Source of the DNA: a virus
Strand: one strand, 5' to 3'
Virus record (IMG/VR): IMGVR_UViG_3300045988_125278
Length of the DNA stretch: 64,000 nucleotides
Every line of letters starts with the position of its first letter. Within the stretch, counting starts at the first letter, position 1. The translations under genes were made by a program, and so were the position numbers. Positions 31,657 through 42,228 of this stretch are shown here, piece after piece. The notes below the pieces were generated by a model. It saw nothing but the letters and a program-made list of their open reading frames with translations. It did no database searches and was not told where the DNA came from.

Positions 31657-31947
31657 CTTCTTCCTCTTCTATGTTTGGTATAGCAAATCCGACTGCGTGA
31701 ACTGAAGTTTTTGTATCGGTTGCTAATTTTTCGATTTGGGAATTATACTCTGCTATTTTTAGAGTTAATTTTCCCTTTACCAATTCGAGAAAAGTTGTCA
31801 ATAAACTAACTAAACTATCTCCTATTGGGTATAAAAATGCGATAAATATTATTCCGAATATAAATGTTAAAATAAATATTCACCCTTTCATTAGGGATTT
31901 GAAGATTTTACCTCTTAACATTTATAAAAATTTATATGCTTTTATTT

Positions 31948-32385
31948 TTAATTCTTGGCCTCATTACGATGTTTACGAATACTCTGGTAAAATTTATCTT
32001 TTTCTTTTATGATATAATTTAATTCTTCTTTAGCATTTTTAATAGAATCATTTACATAACTAATATCTTCTTGTCTTTGGCGGATTTGTCGTTGAAGCAT
32101 TTTATTTTCATAAGATTTAGGATTAAAATATTTGCTTCTATTCATTGAATAATATAATTGATTTAAAGCTCCAAGTTGAATTTTTAATTCTTTTTTATAG
32201 GCTTGTAAAACTTTAATATAAGCTCGTTTATAAGCAAAATTACATCCAGTTTTTTCATTTGCCATATCCATATCGTCAGGGTGGCATTTAGCAATACCAT
32301 AAATAATATTACCATCTTTATCTTCAATTAAACAAGAAGCTTCGCCTGATTCAGGGTTATAACTAAATAAAGGTTCTTTTTTCAA
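31948..32385 (-). CDS. hypothetical coiled-coil protein
   Basis: ORF. Confidence 0.35.
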   Translation of the reverse strand: MKKEPLFSYNPESGEASCLIEDKDGNIIYGIAKCHPDDMDMANEKTGCNFAYKRAYIKVLQAYKKELKIQLGALNQLYYSMNRSKYFNPKSYENKMLQRQIRQRQEDISYVNDSIKNAKEELNYIIKEKDKFYQSIRKHRNEAKN

Positions 32386-32487
32386 AGTAGTAGAACTCCT
32401 TTCTATCTATTTCTATAAATATATTAACATAAAAATTATTAAAAAGCAAAAAAATAAAGGCGAAAGCATTATACTTTCGCCTTTATT

Positions 32488-33780
32488 TTAATTTAATAAT
32501 TCATCTATCCATTCTTGCTTCATATTATTTGGAAATTCTTCGTCTATATTATGTTTTTTATAATATTTATTCCAAAATTCAATATTGGCAAGAGCGCGAG
32601 CTTTATGCATAGGACAAATATAAGTAACTCTTTTATTAAGAATTCCAGTATCTTGATAATTATATGCTTGACACCAAGCACAACCATTAGCAATAGGACA
32701 TTCACGACATTCGTCAGAAGATTGAGTATAAGAATTAATTGCTTTTAATTCTTTTGTTAATTGTTTTTGTTTTTCTGTTGTTGCTATTTCATTTTTATTT
32801 ACATTTCCTATAATAAGAGGTGGGACGGAATCGCCCAGAGCATCTTCCATATATCGTAAGCAGGGGTATAAATTACCAGTATAATTCATAGCAATCATAC
32901 TTCCATTTCCGCCGCACCAATTCTATAGATCATCTTTATTAGTCCAATCTTTTGGTCTAAATAATTTCAAATCTGGATATTCAAAAAATGAAATATATAC
33001 ATCTTCTTCTAAATTATTATCAAGGAGATATTGTCCTAATTCTTGTAATTGTTTATAGTAAATTTTGGCGTGTTCTAAAGTCCAACCTTTTTCAAAAATT
33101 ACATTCCCTAATATAGAAGTAAATCCTATGTCTAAAAGAGCTTTTACGGCATCATTTAAATACATAACATTATCAGGAGATAAAGTAATTTTTGAACAAG
33201 GATATTCTCCGGTTTTTTTACGCCAATCTTTTATTGCTTTTACAACAATATCATAACTACCTGACCCATCAGGGAATTTTCTACAAGCATCATGCAATTC
33301 TTTATTACCATCAATACTAATAGAAACAGATAGCCATTGCTTATATTTATCTAAAAATTTTTGTACTTTTGGATCAAAATATAATGTTCCATTAGTACAA
33401 ATTAAAAATCTTGTAAAATAAATTAATGGACTGTTCATTTCAATTAATTTAGAAATTGTATAATCCATTACTTTATCTATTAAATCTAAATTTAAAAAAG
33501 GTTCTCCACCAATAAAATCAAAGACTAAACCTATAATATTATCTGGGTCAAAGTAATCATTTTTCTAAGGATTTACTATTAACATATCAATATATTTTTT
33601 AGCTGTTTCAAAATCCATTAAATGATTTTTTTTACAAGTTTGATAACAATAACTACATCTTAAATTACAAGCGTCAGTGACCTGTAAAGTTATATCAAAA
33701 ACTTTATCGCTTTCATTTTTCCATAGTTCTGGATATAATCTTTGAATTGTATCACTATACTATTCGAATTTACGTCTCAT
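32488..33780 (-). CDS. radical SAM / SPASM-domain enzyme (anSME/peptide-maturase-like); 2 in-frame TAGs
   Basis: CNLRCSYCY radical-SAM cluster motif, GGEPFL; C-terminal CRECPIANGCAWC...ICPMH SPASM-like Cys cluster; three track ORFs are in one frame joined by TAG at 32923 and 33468. Confidence 0.7.
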
Positions 33781-34085
33781 TCAGCATTATCATTAATTGT
33801 TATTGTAATAATTTTTGCTTGGAAGTCAATACTCCAATAGGCATTATTACCATATTTTTCTAAATCATAATATTTTCCAACTTTATTTCTAATTTTATCA
33901 TATTCAATAAATTTTTCAACGTATTCTTGATGATATCTTTTATAATTATCAGTATCCATATTATTAAATGAAGTGCTATTCATCATATAAGTAATAATAC
34001 TTTGACGAGCAAGAAGATCTTGATAAGCTCGTTCTAATTTATCATTTAATTCTACATTATTAGCATTTACTGTAATTGTTTTCAT
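33777..34085 (-). CDS. hypothetical 102-aa protein between precursor-like gene and rSAM enzyme (possible partner/RRE-like)
   Basis: ORF, co-oriented, overlapping stop/start. Confidence 0.35.
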   Translation of the reverse strand: MKTITVNANNVELNDKLERAYQDLLARQSIITYMMNSTSFNNMDTDNYKRYHQEYVEKFIEYDKIRNKVGKYYDLEKYGNNAYWSIDFQAKIITITINDNAE

Positions 34086-34207
34086 TATTTTTCTCCTTTT
34101 TATCTTATAAATTAACTTTTTAAAATTTTAGAATATAAAGACTTTAAAGCAGTAATTGCTTTCTGCATTTCAGATTTAGTACAGACATTTCCATTATAAG
34201 AAGTGTT

Positions 34208-34873
34208 CTACATTTTAGAAATATTTGTGAATATTTCATTTTTTAAGTTTGTATTAACTTTACTGTTAGAAGAAACTTTTGTAGGTAAAGTACTATATCC
34301 ACGCCTAGATAATTCTTTATTTAACATAGTATAAATATTTGCAATATCAGCAGCATATAAAACGATTCTTAAATTAATAGAATTATAAAGATTTACATTA
34401 GCTGAAGTGGTACATCCATTATCGCAGCCTCCCGTACAATTGCCAGTACAAGCAGAACAGTCATGCCTACAACTAGCACTACATCCAACACATCCGCCAG
34501 AACAGCTTCCACTACAATCGGTGCGACAACTAGCACTACATCCAACACATCCGCCAGAACAGCTTCCACTACAATCGGTGCGACAACTAGCACTACATCC
34601 AACACATCCGCCAGAACAGCTTCCACTACAATCGATACTGCAAGAACCGCCACATCCAGAGCAACCTACATCACATCCGCCTGAACAACTATTACTACAA
34701 ACTCCTCCGCATCCAGAGCAATTTCCATCACAGTCTCCTCTACAACTTCCTTGGCATTGGCTAGTGCCGCAAGTTTCACACATAGAACAATTACCGCCAC
34801 AACCATGGTCACATCCATTACTACAGCTTATAAAGCAAGTTCCGACACAACCCTATGTAGTACAATTAGCCAT
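34208..34873 (-). CDS. Cys/Gly/Ser-rich repeat protein (about 221 aa, one TAG at codon 7) with 19-aa tandem repeats CSGSCSGGCVGCSASCRTD
   Basis: ATG at 34871-34873 with AAGGAGGA RBS; CxxC/CxxxC-dense N-terminal 160 aa; non-Cys C-terminal 60 aa. Confidence 0.6.
34466..34640. repeat. 57-bp tandem repeat, about 3 copies, inside the Cys-rich gene
   Basis: acatccgccagaacagcttccactacaatcggtgcgacaactagcactacatccaac repeated at 34490, 34547, 34604. Confidence 0.85.
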
Positions 34874-34887
34874 ATGTTATGTCCTCC

Positions 34888-35340
34888 TTACATTAAATTT
34901 TTTACAATATTTTCTAATTCATCTAATTTGTTAAATAATTGATATTTAATAAATATGCTACTTAATAAAGAATAATATCTTAAAGAATTATTTTCTTTTA
35001 TTTTATAATTCTTAAAGAATTCTATATTATTTTCTTTTGTGTCTGAATCTAACTTTACTTCTAAAAATAGATAATCAATAGCAGTTAAAACTTGAGTATT
35101 ATTTTTTAGATAACTAATTTTATTAATGAAATCTTGTAATTTGTCAATCTATTCTAAATTTCTAAGATTTTCAAAATTTTGAATATTATAAAAAATTATT
35201 GCAATAGTTTCTTGATATTCGATATCAGAAATTTCATTTAACTATAAAATCAATTCATTGTCATCAAATAAAATACCATTTTCTAACTCTTTAGAAACTT
35301 TAATTTTTAAAAGTAAAACATCTTTTTCGGATAGAGACAT
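34888..35340 (-). CDS. hypothetical protein (2 TAGs)
   Basis: ATG 35338-35340; reads through TAGs to TAA at 34888. Confidence 0.35.
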
Positions 35341-35530
35341 TTTATTCATCCTTTCTTTAATATAAATTATAGCAAAATTTTTTTGATTTTGCAAATTTTA
35401 TTTACCTAATTTATTTATAAATACTGGGTTTATTTTTAATGAAAAATGACCATTTAACATTTTATTAAAAAAATTTCTATGGGCGTGAGTGATTGGAACT
35501 ACGGCCGATCGCGTTGATCAGGGATAAAAA

Positions 35531-35564
35531 AATAGACACTATGAAATAAATCATAGTGTCTATT
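35531..35564 (-). terminator. hairpin terminator after flotillin gene
   Basis: aatagacactatga-aataaa-tcatagtgtctatt. Confidence 0.55.
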
Positions 35565-35568
35565 TAAA

Positions 35569-36954
35569 TTACTTATTCAATGCTTTTGTAAGCATCTCTT
35601 TAATGTCGATGCCATTTTCAGACATTGCTTCGATGACCTGGTTTGCGGAACCCATAACATCCTTTACAAGACGAGCAGAGTTTCCATCACCATACTGGAC
35701 GATCTTATCCACATTGGTAAGAGGGGCGGCCGCGTTTGCCACGATTTGAGGCATTGCATTAAAATACATTTCAATGATAGAGGCTTCACCCATCTTCTTC
35801 TGTGCTTCTGCTTTCTTGTCGATTGCTGTAGCTTCAGCTTCACCAACGGCCGCAATACCAGCAGCTTTCTGCTCGGCTGCGAACTTTTCCGCTTCAGCGC
35901 GAGCACGCATAGCTTTTGCTTCCTGCTCGATCTCATAAGCCTTAGCTTCAGCATCCTTCTGACGACGAATCAGGTCTGCTTCAGCAGCTTTTTCCGCAGC
36001 ATACTTATCAGCATCAGCCTGCTTACGAACCAATGCAGTCAGTTCGTATTCCTTAAGCTCGATTTCCTTCTGCTTCAATTCAGCTTCACGCTCAGCCTTT
36101 GCGATATTCGCATTAGTTGCGGCAACATCCTTGAGCTTACGCTGATTTTCAGACTCAATGCCGGCGGCTGCCTCTGCCTGAGCTTTCTTAGTATCAGCTT
36201 CCTGCTTCAACTGAGCCTGCTTGATAGCAAGATCGTTATTGCGGATTGCGATTTCCTCAGCGGCCTTAACCTTAGCGTCATTAGACTGCTTAGCATTTTC
36301 CGCACGAGCGACCTCAATCTCACGTTCCGCATTGGACTTAGCGATCGCCGCGTTCTTGCTAATCTGAGCAACATTATCAATACCGAGGTTAGTGATAACA
36401 TCATTATCATCAGAGAAGTTCTGAACGTTAAAGGTAATCAACTCAAGACCATAACGTGCCAGATCAGGAACTGCGTTCTCCTGAACTTTCTCGCTAAACA
36501 GCTTACGATCGCTAACCATATCAGTCAACTTCATCTGACCGACGATCTCACGAATATTGCCCTCAAGAAGGTCGTTAATTTTACGAGAAATTTCATCACA
36601 ACCTACATTAAGGAAGTTCTGAGCGGCGAGCGCAATCATTTCAGGATCTCTACCTACACGAACGGAAACGGTAGAATCAACACGAACGTTAATGTATTCG
36701 GCAGTAGGAACCGCAGATCCAGTCTTTACATCAATTTGAATAGCTCCGAGAGCAAGCTTATCCAAACGTTCGAAGAAAGGAATCTTCAAGCCAGCTTTAC
36801 CAACAAGAATTCGAGGTTTCTTATGGACACCACTGATGATATAAGCCATATCAGGCGGAGCTTTTACATAACCATTGAGGAAAATGAAAACTACCAGTAG
36901 CGCAATAAGAACTACAGGAATTGCCGGAAGGATAAATGAAATAATAGCGGGCAT
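35569..36954 (-). CDS. flotillin/SPFH (band-7) domain membrane protein; higher GC, TAG-free
   Basis: N-terminal TM; SPFH core; long Ala/Glu/Lys-rich coiled-coil region typical of flotillin/YqiK; hairpin terminator 35531-35564. Confidence 0.75.
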   Translation of the reverse strand: MPAIISFILPAIPVVLIALLVVFIFLNGYVKAPPDMAYIISGVHKKPRILVGKAGLKIPFFERLDKLALGAIQIDVKTGSAVPTAEYINVRVDSTVSVRVGRDPEMIALAAQNFLNVGCDEISRKINDLLEGNIREIVGQMKLTDMVSDRKLFSEKVQENAVPDLARYGLELITFNVQNFSDDNDVITNLGIDNVAQISKNAAIAKSNAEREIEVARAENAKQSNDAKVKAAEEIAIRNNDLAIKQAQLKQEADTKKAQAEAAAGIESENQRKLKDVAATNANIAKAEREAELKQKEIELKEYELTALVRKQADADKYAAEKAAEADLIRRQKDAEAKAYEIEQEAKAMRARAEAEKFAAEQKAAGIAAVGEAEATAIDKKAEAQKKMGEASIIEMYFNAMPQIVANAAAPLTNVDKIVQYGDGNSARLVKDVMGSANQVIEAMSENGIDIKEMLTKALNK

Positions 36955-36980
36955 AAATAATTCTCCTTATTTATTTAATT

Positions 36981-37244
36981 TTAAATTTTATACTTATATT
37001 TGAATAATGCTTCAATAGCATCATCAATCGAATTATAGTATCCATTATGTTCAAATTCTCCATCTTCATCCCATAAGAAAGAGATTTCTACACCTAATGG
37101 ACCTTGTTCCAATTTTTCTTTTACTTCTTTGTAAATTGCTTCTTCCATTTGTCTTGTTATTAATTTTTCCCAATCTTCATAGGACATTTTTCCAGTAATG
37201 AGTTTTTTTGTTAAATCATTACCTTTATAATCATAAAGTGCCAT
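36981..37244 (-). CDS. hypothetical protein
   Basis: ORF. Confidence 0.35.
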   Translation of the reverse strand: MALYDYKGNDLTKKLITGKMSYEDWEKLITRQMEEAIYKEVKEKLEQGPLGVEISFLWDEDGEFEHNGYYNSIDDAIEALFKYKYKI

Positions 37245-37254
37245 TTAGTTTTCC

Positions 37255-37800
37255 TTATTCATCAAGAAATGCTTTACATTCCTCAACTTTGGCTTTCATA
37301 GCATCAATGATTACATCAAGATTAATGGGGTAGCCATGGTGAGAATCAACACCTACATGATACATATAAGGTCGATCTTCAAAGAAATTAGTGGTTTGAT
37401 GAGTATGACCGTAAAGATTCAAAGTCATTTGATGAAGATTTTCTCTTTCAAGATTACCAGTCATACAAGGGAAATGGGTCATAAAGAAATGGTATTTACG
37501 ATAATTTAGCATAATCGCCCAATCCATTTCAACAACATTAGGCAAATCCGCATAAAGCTTCTGCCGAGTTGCTGTATCATGGTTGCCAAATACAATATGA
37601 AATTTGCCCTTAAGACGTTTAACATATTCAATATTAGAAGGCTCTCCAAGCATTAGATCACCAAGAATATAAACGTCATCTTCATCAGAAATGATGCTAT
37701 TCCATTTCTCGACGTAATCTTCATTCATTTCTTTAATTGAAGAATAACCACGAGCTTTCCAAATAAATTCACGGTCATGGCTAACCAAAGTGCATATCAC
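37255..37800 (-). CDS. metallophosphoesterase (calcineurin-like)
   Basis: DVYILGDLM...GNHD...THFP...YGHTHQ. Confidence 0.6.
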   Translation of the reverse strand: MICTLVSHDREFIWKARGYSSIKEMNEDYVEKWNSIISDEDDVYILGDLMLGEPSNIEYVKRLKGKFHIVFGNHDTATRQKLYADLPNVVEMDWAIMLNYRKYHFFMTHFPCMTGNLERENLHQMTLNLYGHTHQTTNFFEDRPYMYHVGVDSHHGYPINLDVIIDAMKAKVEECKAFLDE

Positions 37801-37825
37801 TTGTTAAAAAGATAGCACCCATATT

Positions 37826-38565
37826 TTAATCACCTATCCTTTCCCATTTTCGTCCACCAACTTTGCTATATCTACTTGATCCAGCGAGACATTTACTTAA
37901 ACTACTTCGATCTACTTTTTCTTTTCGAGCAGCTTCGCTAATACTATCATAGTAAACAATATCATTTGGGTTATTTATATTAATTCCTTTTATTTTGGTA
38001 CGTCTTTTTCGAGTTTTTGCTTTTGGAATTATAACATTATTATTTTCATCCAATGATCGAAAAATTAAATTATTACAACTATGAGCTTCTCCATCACATA
38101 TTTTTTTTATTGTCGTAGCTCTTTTATCGCCATCCCACCCTTGAGCTCTTGCAGCTTCATGATAAGAACTATAAATAGAAATAATTTCATTCTATTCATT
38201 TACTAAAGCACATTTTTTACTAATTTTTTTTATATGCTTTTGAGTATTCTCAAGAGTGATAATATTAGATTTAGTATTTTCAGTCTAATTATATCCATTA
38301 GGACATAAAGAATTATATTTTAAAATCATTTGATGCTCATAAGTTTCCATCGAATTAACATCATTAAAATCATTTCTTAAAATTTCAAAAGTAAAATTTT
38401 CTACTCCATATTTTCTAATAGCACACTATAAAGGATAAAAATAATTTGAATTATTTAGATTAAAAGCATTATTAATGTGCTATTTCCATCTAGTTTCAAC
38501 ACGAGTACTTGAGCCTATATAAGATTTTTTATTAATCTAATTAGTAATTTTATATACAACATTCA
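37826..38565 (-). mobile_element. free-standing GIY-YIG homing endonuclease (about 6 TAGs)
   Basis: MNVVYKITN(TAG)INKKSYIGSS...YGVENFTFEIL; C-terminal NUMOD-like repeats. Confidence 0.7.
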
Positions 38566-38634
38566 TTTATTAATCACTCCTTCATATATTAATGAGAAAA
38601 TAATTAATAAAATTAACACTTCTTGACCCACAAT

Positions 38635-39141
38635 TTAGACATGAGATTGCCATGTATGAATCACTTCTCCTTTTTCGTTAACCTCTTGAATAAGGTTATA
38701 TTTAATATATTCTTTAAAAGTGGGAGGAGTAAAAGAATTTGCCATACTCCGAATTACTTCTTCTGGAACTTGCGCTCGACCATCACGCTGTTTATTGCGC
38801 TCAATGCAAACTTCAACAGGAACATTAAAATAAATAACATTCACATTAAGATTTGCATATCCTTTTGCGTTAATTGCTTTAAGAAGTTTCTTGCGGGAGC
38901 CGGGTCCAAGATGCGTGGCATCCGCATACACATCATCATAGTCTCTTAAAGAAAGGGTGATTGCTTCAACAAAAGCATGCCATACACTTTCTTCTTTGGC
39001 GAAATAGCTTTCATCATCATTTAACATTTGAAAACGAAGAGCATCACGAGAAACAACACAACCACATTGAGGCCAACGATTTTTAAGGAACGTGCTTTTG
39101 CCCGATGCTGGCACTCCGGACATAATCCAAAGATTCTTTTG
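38635..39141 (-). CDS. polynucleotide kinase-like P-loop kinase (AAA_33/T4 Pnk kinase-domain-like)
   Basis: LWIMSGVPASGKSTF Walker A; ...SRD... Confidence 0.55.
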   Translation of the reverse strand, partial: QKNLWIMSGVPASGKSTFLKNRWPQCGCVVSRDALRFQMLNDDESYFAKEESVWHAFVEAITLSLRDYDDVYADATHLGPGSRKKLLKAINAKGYANLNVNVIYFNVPVEVCIERNKQRDGRAQVPEEVIRSMANSFTPPTFKEYIKYNLIQEVNEKGEVIHTWQSHV

Positions 39142-39358
39142 CTTCATCTTTATACACTCCATTCTCAAAATTTTCTTTAAATTCTTCTACTTCTTCTGGA
39201 GTTCTACACTCAATATGATTTACTTCTTCTTTACAGTAAATACAATATAACTTTTTACGATGAAATTTACCATGTTGAAAACTTACTCGACGAGATAAAG
39301 GAATTCCTTTTCGTCCACAATTCATACAATAAAAATCATGGTTTTCATAAGATGCCAT
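39083..39358 (-). CDS. hypothetical Zn-ribbon protein
   Basis: CMNCGRK...CIYCKEE. Confidence 0.3.
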   Translation of the reverse strand: MASYENHDFYCMNCGRKGIPLSRRVSFQHGKFHRKKLYCIYCKEEVNHIECRTPEEVEEFKENFENGVYKDEAKESLDYVRSASIGQKHVP

Positions 39359-39363
39359 TTGAA

Positions 39364-39555
39364 TTACTCCTTTGAGCGAGAAGGAACCGCGATATTAATA
39401 AAAATCTTAATGACAAACATTTGCCAATAAGTAATGCTTGGAAAGCAAAACCAAGGAATAAGAGCGGTATTCCAAATAAATAACATAATAGCTACTTCAA
39501 TAAACATAAGAGCTACACCCGCGATTGCCATAGAAATATCATCATAATCGTCCAT
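39364..39555 (-). CDS. small membrane protein
   Basis: hydrophobic ORF with promoter at about 39581-39620. Confidence 0.3.
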   Translation of the reverse strand: MDDYDDISMAIAGVALMFIEVAIMLFIWNTALIPWFCFPSITYWQMFVIKIFINIAVPSRSKE

Positions 39556-39625
39556 TTTTTATCAATTCCTTTCTTAACTTTCTATAAATATTATAACTTA
39601 TTTTTTATAAAAATCAATAAAGAAT

Positions 39626-39904
39626 TTATACTTCCTTTAAACGATTTTCACATTCCTCAGCATCATACTCAATAGTTAAATTTGTAGCATCAAGATAGCC
39701 ACTATCATAATAAAGTATATCATGTTTAACAGTAGCATTTTCATAAATTTCTGCTTCACCAGTATCTTTTACAATTTCAAAAAGATCGCATAAAAATCTA
39801 CAAGCAGATTCAATAGTGTCAAATTCAAGAGCTTTATCATCCCAACAGAGTGGATTAACACCCTCTTTTGTTTCATAAATATGATATTTCATACCTCTAA
39901 CCAT
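39626..39904 (-). CDS. hypothetical protein
   Basis: ORF. Confidence 0.3.
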   Translation of the reverse strand: MVRGMKYHIYETKEGVNPLCWDDKALEFDTIESACRFLCDLFEIVKDTGEAEIYENATVKHDILYYDSGYLDATNLTIEYDAEECENRLKEV

Positions 39905-39915
39905 TATTTTTCTCC

Positions 39916-40635
39916 TTACATAGTAAATTCAATAGTCTCGAATGTATCAAGGTCAATAAGACAAGTTTTTCCAGTAGCAAAGGAACCATTATCAATATCG
40001 CACTTATGTCCATCGCAATACCAAAAATGATTCATATTTTCCAAATCAAAATCTTTATAGCTTTTACCTACTGCAATATAAGGATCATAATTAGGCATCA
40101 GCAGAAAAGGTGTATGGCCATGAATACAGAAAGTGCGGTTCGCGGGCGAACCTTCGGGCCACGGGTCATAGAAATGATCTCGGCTCCAAATTAAATTATA
40201 AGAATTAGGGCTATCGCCAAGAGTATAGCCGGCATGAGAAAGAAGAATAATTTGATTATTCTTATTCACATAGGTTTCTTGCAGAGGAAGTTTAGCAAGT
40301 TCACGATACCAACCAGGATTGGCACGTTCTCTAATTTGCCAATCTTCAAATGTTTTTGCTCCATTGTTATTACAAAGAAGAGCATATGCTTGACTAAAAT
40401 TTTCATCTTTAAGATAATCTTTCATAGCTTCAAATAACATATCTTCATGATTACCTTTAAGATAAATAACTCTTTTATCAGCAATGGCATCTTTAATAAT
40501 TTCCCAACCGTCATTTCCGCGGTCCGCGCAATCACCCAGACAATAAAGAATGTCGTTAGAATCAAGGTATTTCATAATTTGATCCCAAAGAGGCTTCATG
40601 CCATGAATATCACTAACCGCATAGGTTTTATTCAT
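39916..40635 (-). CDS. Ser/Thr protein phosphatase-like metallophosphatase (lambda PPase/ApaH-like)
   Basis: DIHGM...GDCADRGNDGWEI...GNHED. Confidence 0.65.
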   Translation of the reverse strand: MNKTYAVSDIHGMKPLWDQIMKYLDSNDILYCLGDCADRGNDGWEIIKDAIADKRVIYLKGNHEDMLFEAMKDYLKDENFSQAYALLCNNNGAKTFEDWQIRERANPGWYRELAKLPLQETYVNKNNQIILLSHAGYTLGDSPNSYNLIWSRDHFYDPWPEGSPANRTFCIHGHTPFLLMPNYDPYIAVGKSYKDFDLENMNHFWYCDGHKCDIDNGSFATGKTCLIDLDTFETIEFTM

Positions 40636-40706
40636 AAAATATCAATCCTTTCTTAATTTATATATATATTATAATATATTTTTATAAAAAAATCAAGAGT
40701 GAGAAA

Positions 40707-40904
40707 TTATCCCACTCTTGTAAGTTTCATAAATAGATTGCAAATATTTAGTCCTAAGCAACTTGCTAAAATCCAAATATTCCAATATAACATTTTGTCA
40801 GTGTCTTTATACTTTTTAATAAAAGTGCATTGAATCCCCTGGATAAAACAAAAACACCAAATGGCAAAACAAGCCCAAAACAAAGCTAAAAACAAATAAT
40901 ACAT
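40707..40904 (-). CDS. small membrane protein
   Basis: hydrophobic ORF. Confidence 0.3.
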   Translation of the reverse strand: MYYLFLALFWACFAIWCFCFIQGIQCTFIKKYKDTDKMLYWNIWILASCLGLNICNLFMKLTRVG

Positions 40905-41348
40905 TTAATTTCCCTCTTTTAATTCTTTTCTTACTCGCATTAGAATTTTTCCAAGTTTATTATGTGCCATTTTATCTTGACATTTAATACAATGGCAGAC
41001 ACCCCAAGTGTTATCACACCAAGTATTTCCTTCTTCAAGCCAAGCTTCTCCGGTTTTTTCAAGGGCAGCCCGCAGAGTTGGGTTTTGTGTAAATTTAGCT
41101 TTTACGCCTTTATACATAACATCTTCTTTAATGTCTTCCCAGTCTTTACGAATTACACAATGTCTTCCTAATCTCTTGGATTTGCCAGGAGTAGGAGCCA
41201 ATCTAATTTCTTCTGCATCCCCGGGGTTCGCTGCTTTCATTGCCTGAAAATAGTTTTCTACCGTGAGATATCTTTTTCCTTCTATTGTAATTGGAGAGTA
41301 AAAAAAGTTGCTTAAAAAAGCAAAATCTTCTTCAAATTTATCAATCAT
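40905..41348 (-). CDS. NADAR-domain protein (YbiA-like, ADP-ribose/NAD-related N-glycosidase fold)
   Basis: FAFLSNFF...ENYFQAMKA...RLG motifs typical of DUF1768/NADAR. Confidence 0.55.
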   Translation of the reverse strand: MIDKFEEDFAFLSNFFYSPITIEGKRYLTVENYFQAMKAANPGDAEEIRLAPTPGKSKRLGRHCVIRKDWEDIKEDVMYKGVKAKFTQNPTLRAALEKTGEAWLEEGNTWCDNTWGVCHCIKCQDKMAHNKLGKILMRVRKELKEGN

Positions 41349-41576
41349 TTAAATTTCCTCAAAGTTCTGAAGATCTAATTCGGCTAAATCTTCAAAATCA
41401 AAATCTTCATTGTCATCAATATTGACACCATACATTTCAGCGCCTTCTTTAAGATACTGTCTTCGGCCTTCCATATACCATGTCCAGTTATCAACGCCAT
41501 CTCCTTCAAGAACATTAAGCTCATTTTCAGCTTTAAGAAGCTCAAGAAGTCTTTCCTTAGAAATAATATAATTCAT
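41349..41576 (-). CDS. hypothetical acidic protein
   Basis: ORF with promoter at about 41605-41635. Confidence 0.3.
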   Translation of the reverse strand: MNYIISKERLLELLKAENELNVLEGDGVDNWTWYMEGRRQYLKEGAEMYGVNIDDNEDFDFEDLAELDLQNFEEI

Positions 41577-41648
41577 AATAATATCACCTTTCTTATTATA
41601 TAAATATTATATAATAATTTTTTAAAAAAATCAAAAAGAAGATAAGAA

Positions 41649-42191
41649 TTACTTCTTATCTTCTTTTTCTTGAATAAAAGTTTTAATTGGTTCGCTTACA
41701 AAACAACAAATATCACACGCGACTTTTACTGACTCTTCTGGATCGTGTTTCAAGTATAGTGCGGTTGTTGCATAAGGAGCACCCGCTCCAATAGCAAAAT
41801 AGTCTTTAATCTCTCTTACCATAAACTTACAAATATGGAAAAGATGTTCTTTATAGGCAATAAGAAATTCATTTTTTAGAAATCCATCACCGATAAGAGT
41901 ATTTTTCCATTTCGAAAATTCAATAATGTAATTAAGAATTTCTCGTTCATTAGCTTCAACTGGTTGATGATTCTCCATATAAAGCCACATTAAGCTTTGT
42001 TCATCACCATAACCAACTCCGCCAAGAATCATATCGTTAATTTTAGCAATTTTAGCAAAATTAACATTAGGTTCCTTCTCATAGCCATTAGTAAGAATAC
42101 TATCAGCACTCATTACAATTCTATCATCATAAACTTTAGCTGCGACAACGCTCATTTCAATCCTCCAACTGACAGATATAAACATCTTCAT
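41649..42191 (-). CDS. HslV/ClpQ-like Ntn-hydrolase peptidase
   Basis: ...IAIGAGAPYATTALYL...VACDICCFVS resembles HslV IAIGSGGPYA...ALDIAGDICIYTN. Confidence 0.5.
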   Translation of the reverse strand: MKMFISVSWRIEMSVVAAKVYDDRIVMSADSILTNGYEKEPNVNFAKIAKINDMILGGVGYGDEQSLMWLYMENHQPVEANEREILNYIIEFSKWKNTLIGDGFLKNEFLIAYKEHLFHICKFMVREIKDYFAIGAGAPYATTALYLKHDPEESVKVACDICCFVSEPIKTFIQEKEDKK

Positions 42192-42228
42192 GATGGAGAA
42201 TTTTTCTAATCATTAATTGAATAATATC

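Noticed and set aside
34466-34640. Possible CRISPR array
   Set aside because: Tandem repeats are contiguous with no spacers and lie inside a coding frame (19-aa peptide repeats).
34393-34934. Alternative-frame ORFs (34393-34653 minus, 34407-34934 plus, 34463-34684 plus) through the Cys-rich repeat
   Set aside because: Generated by the 57-bp tandem repeat; only the Cys-rich frame has an RBS/ATG and continues outside the repeat.
35746-36900. 384-aa plus-strand ORF (and other long plus-strand ORFs 49616-50944, 50960-51832, 52369-53346, 43172-44041, 53892-54626)
   Set aside because: Antisense shadows of well-supported minus-strand genes (flotillin, MVP, TROVE/vWA, RNA ligase, DUF262-HNH); low-complexity translations, no RBS or promoter in the plus orientation.
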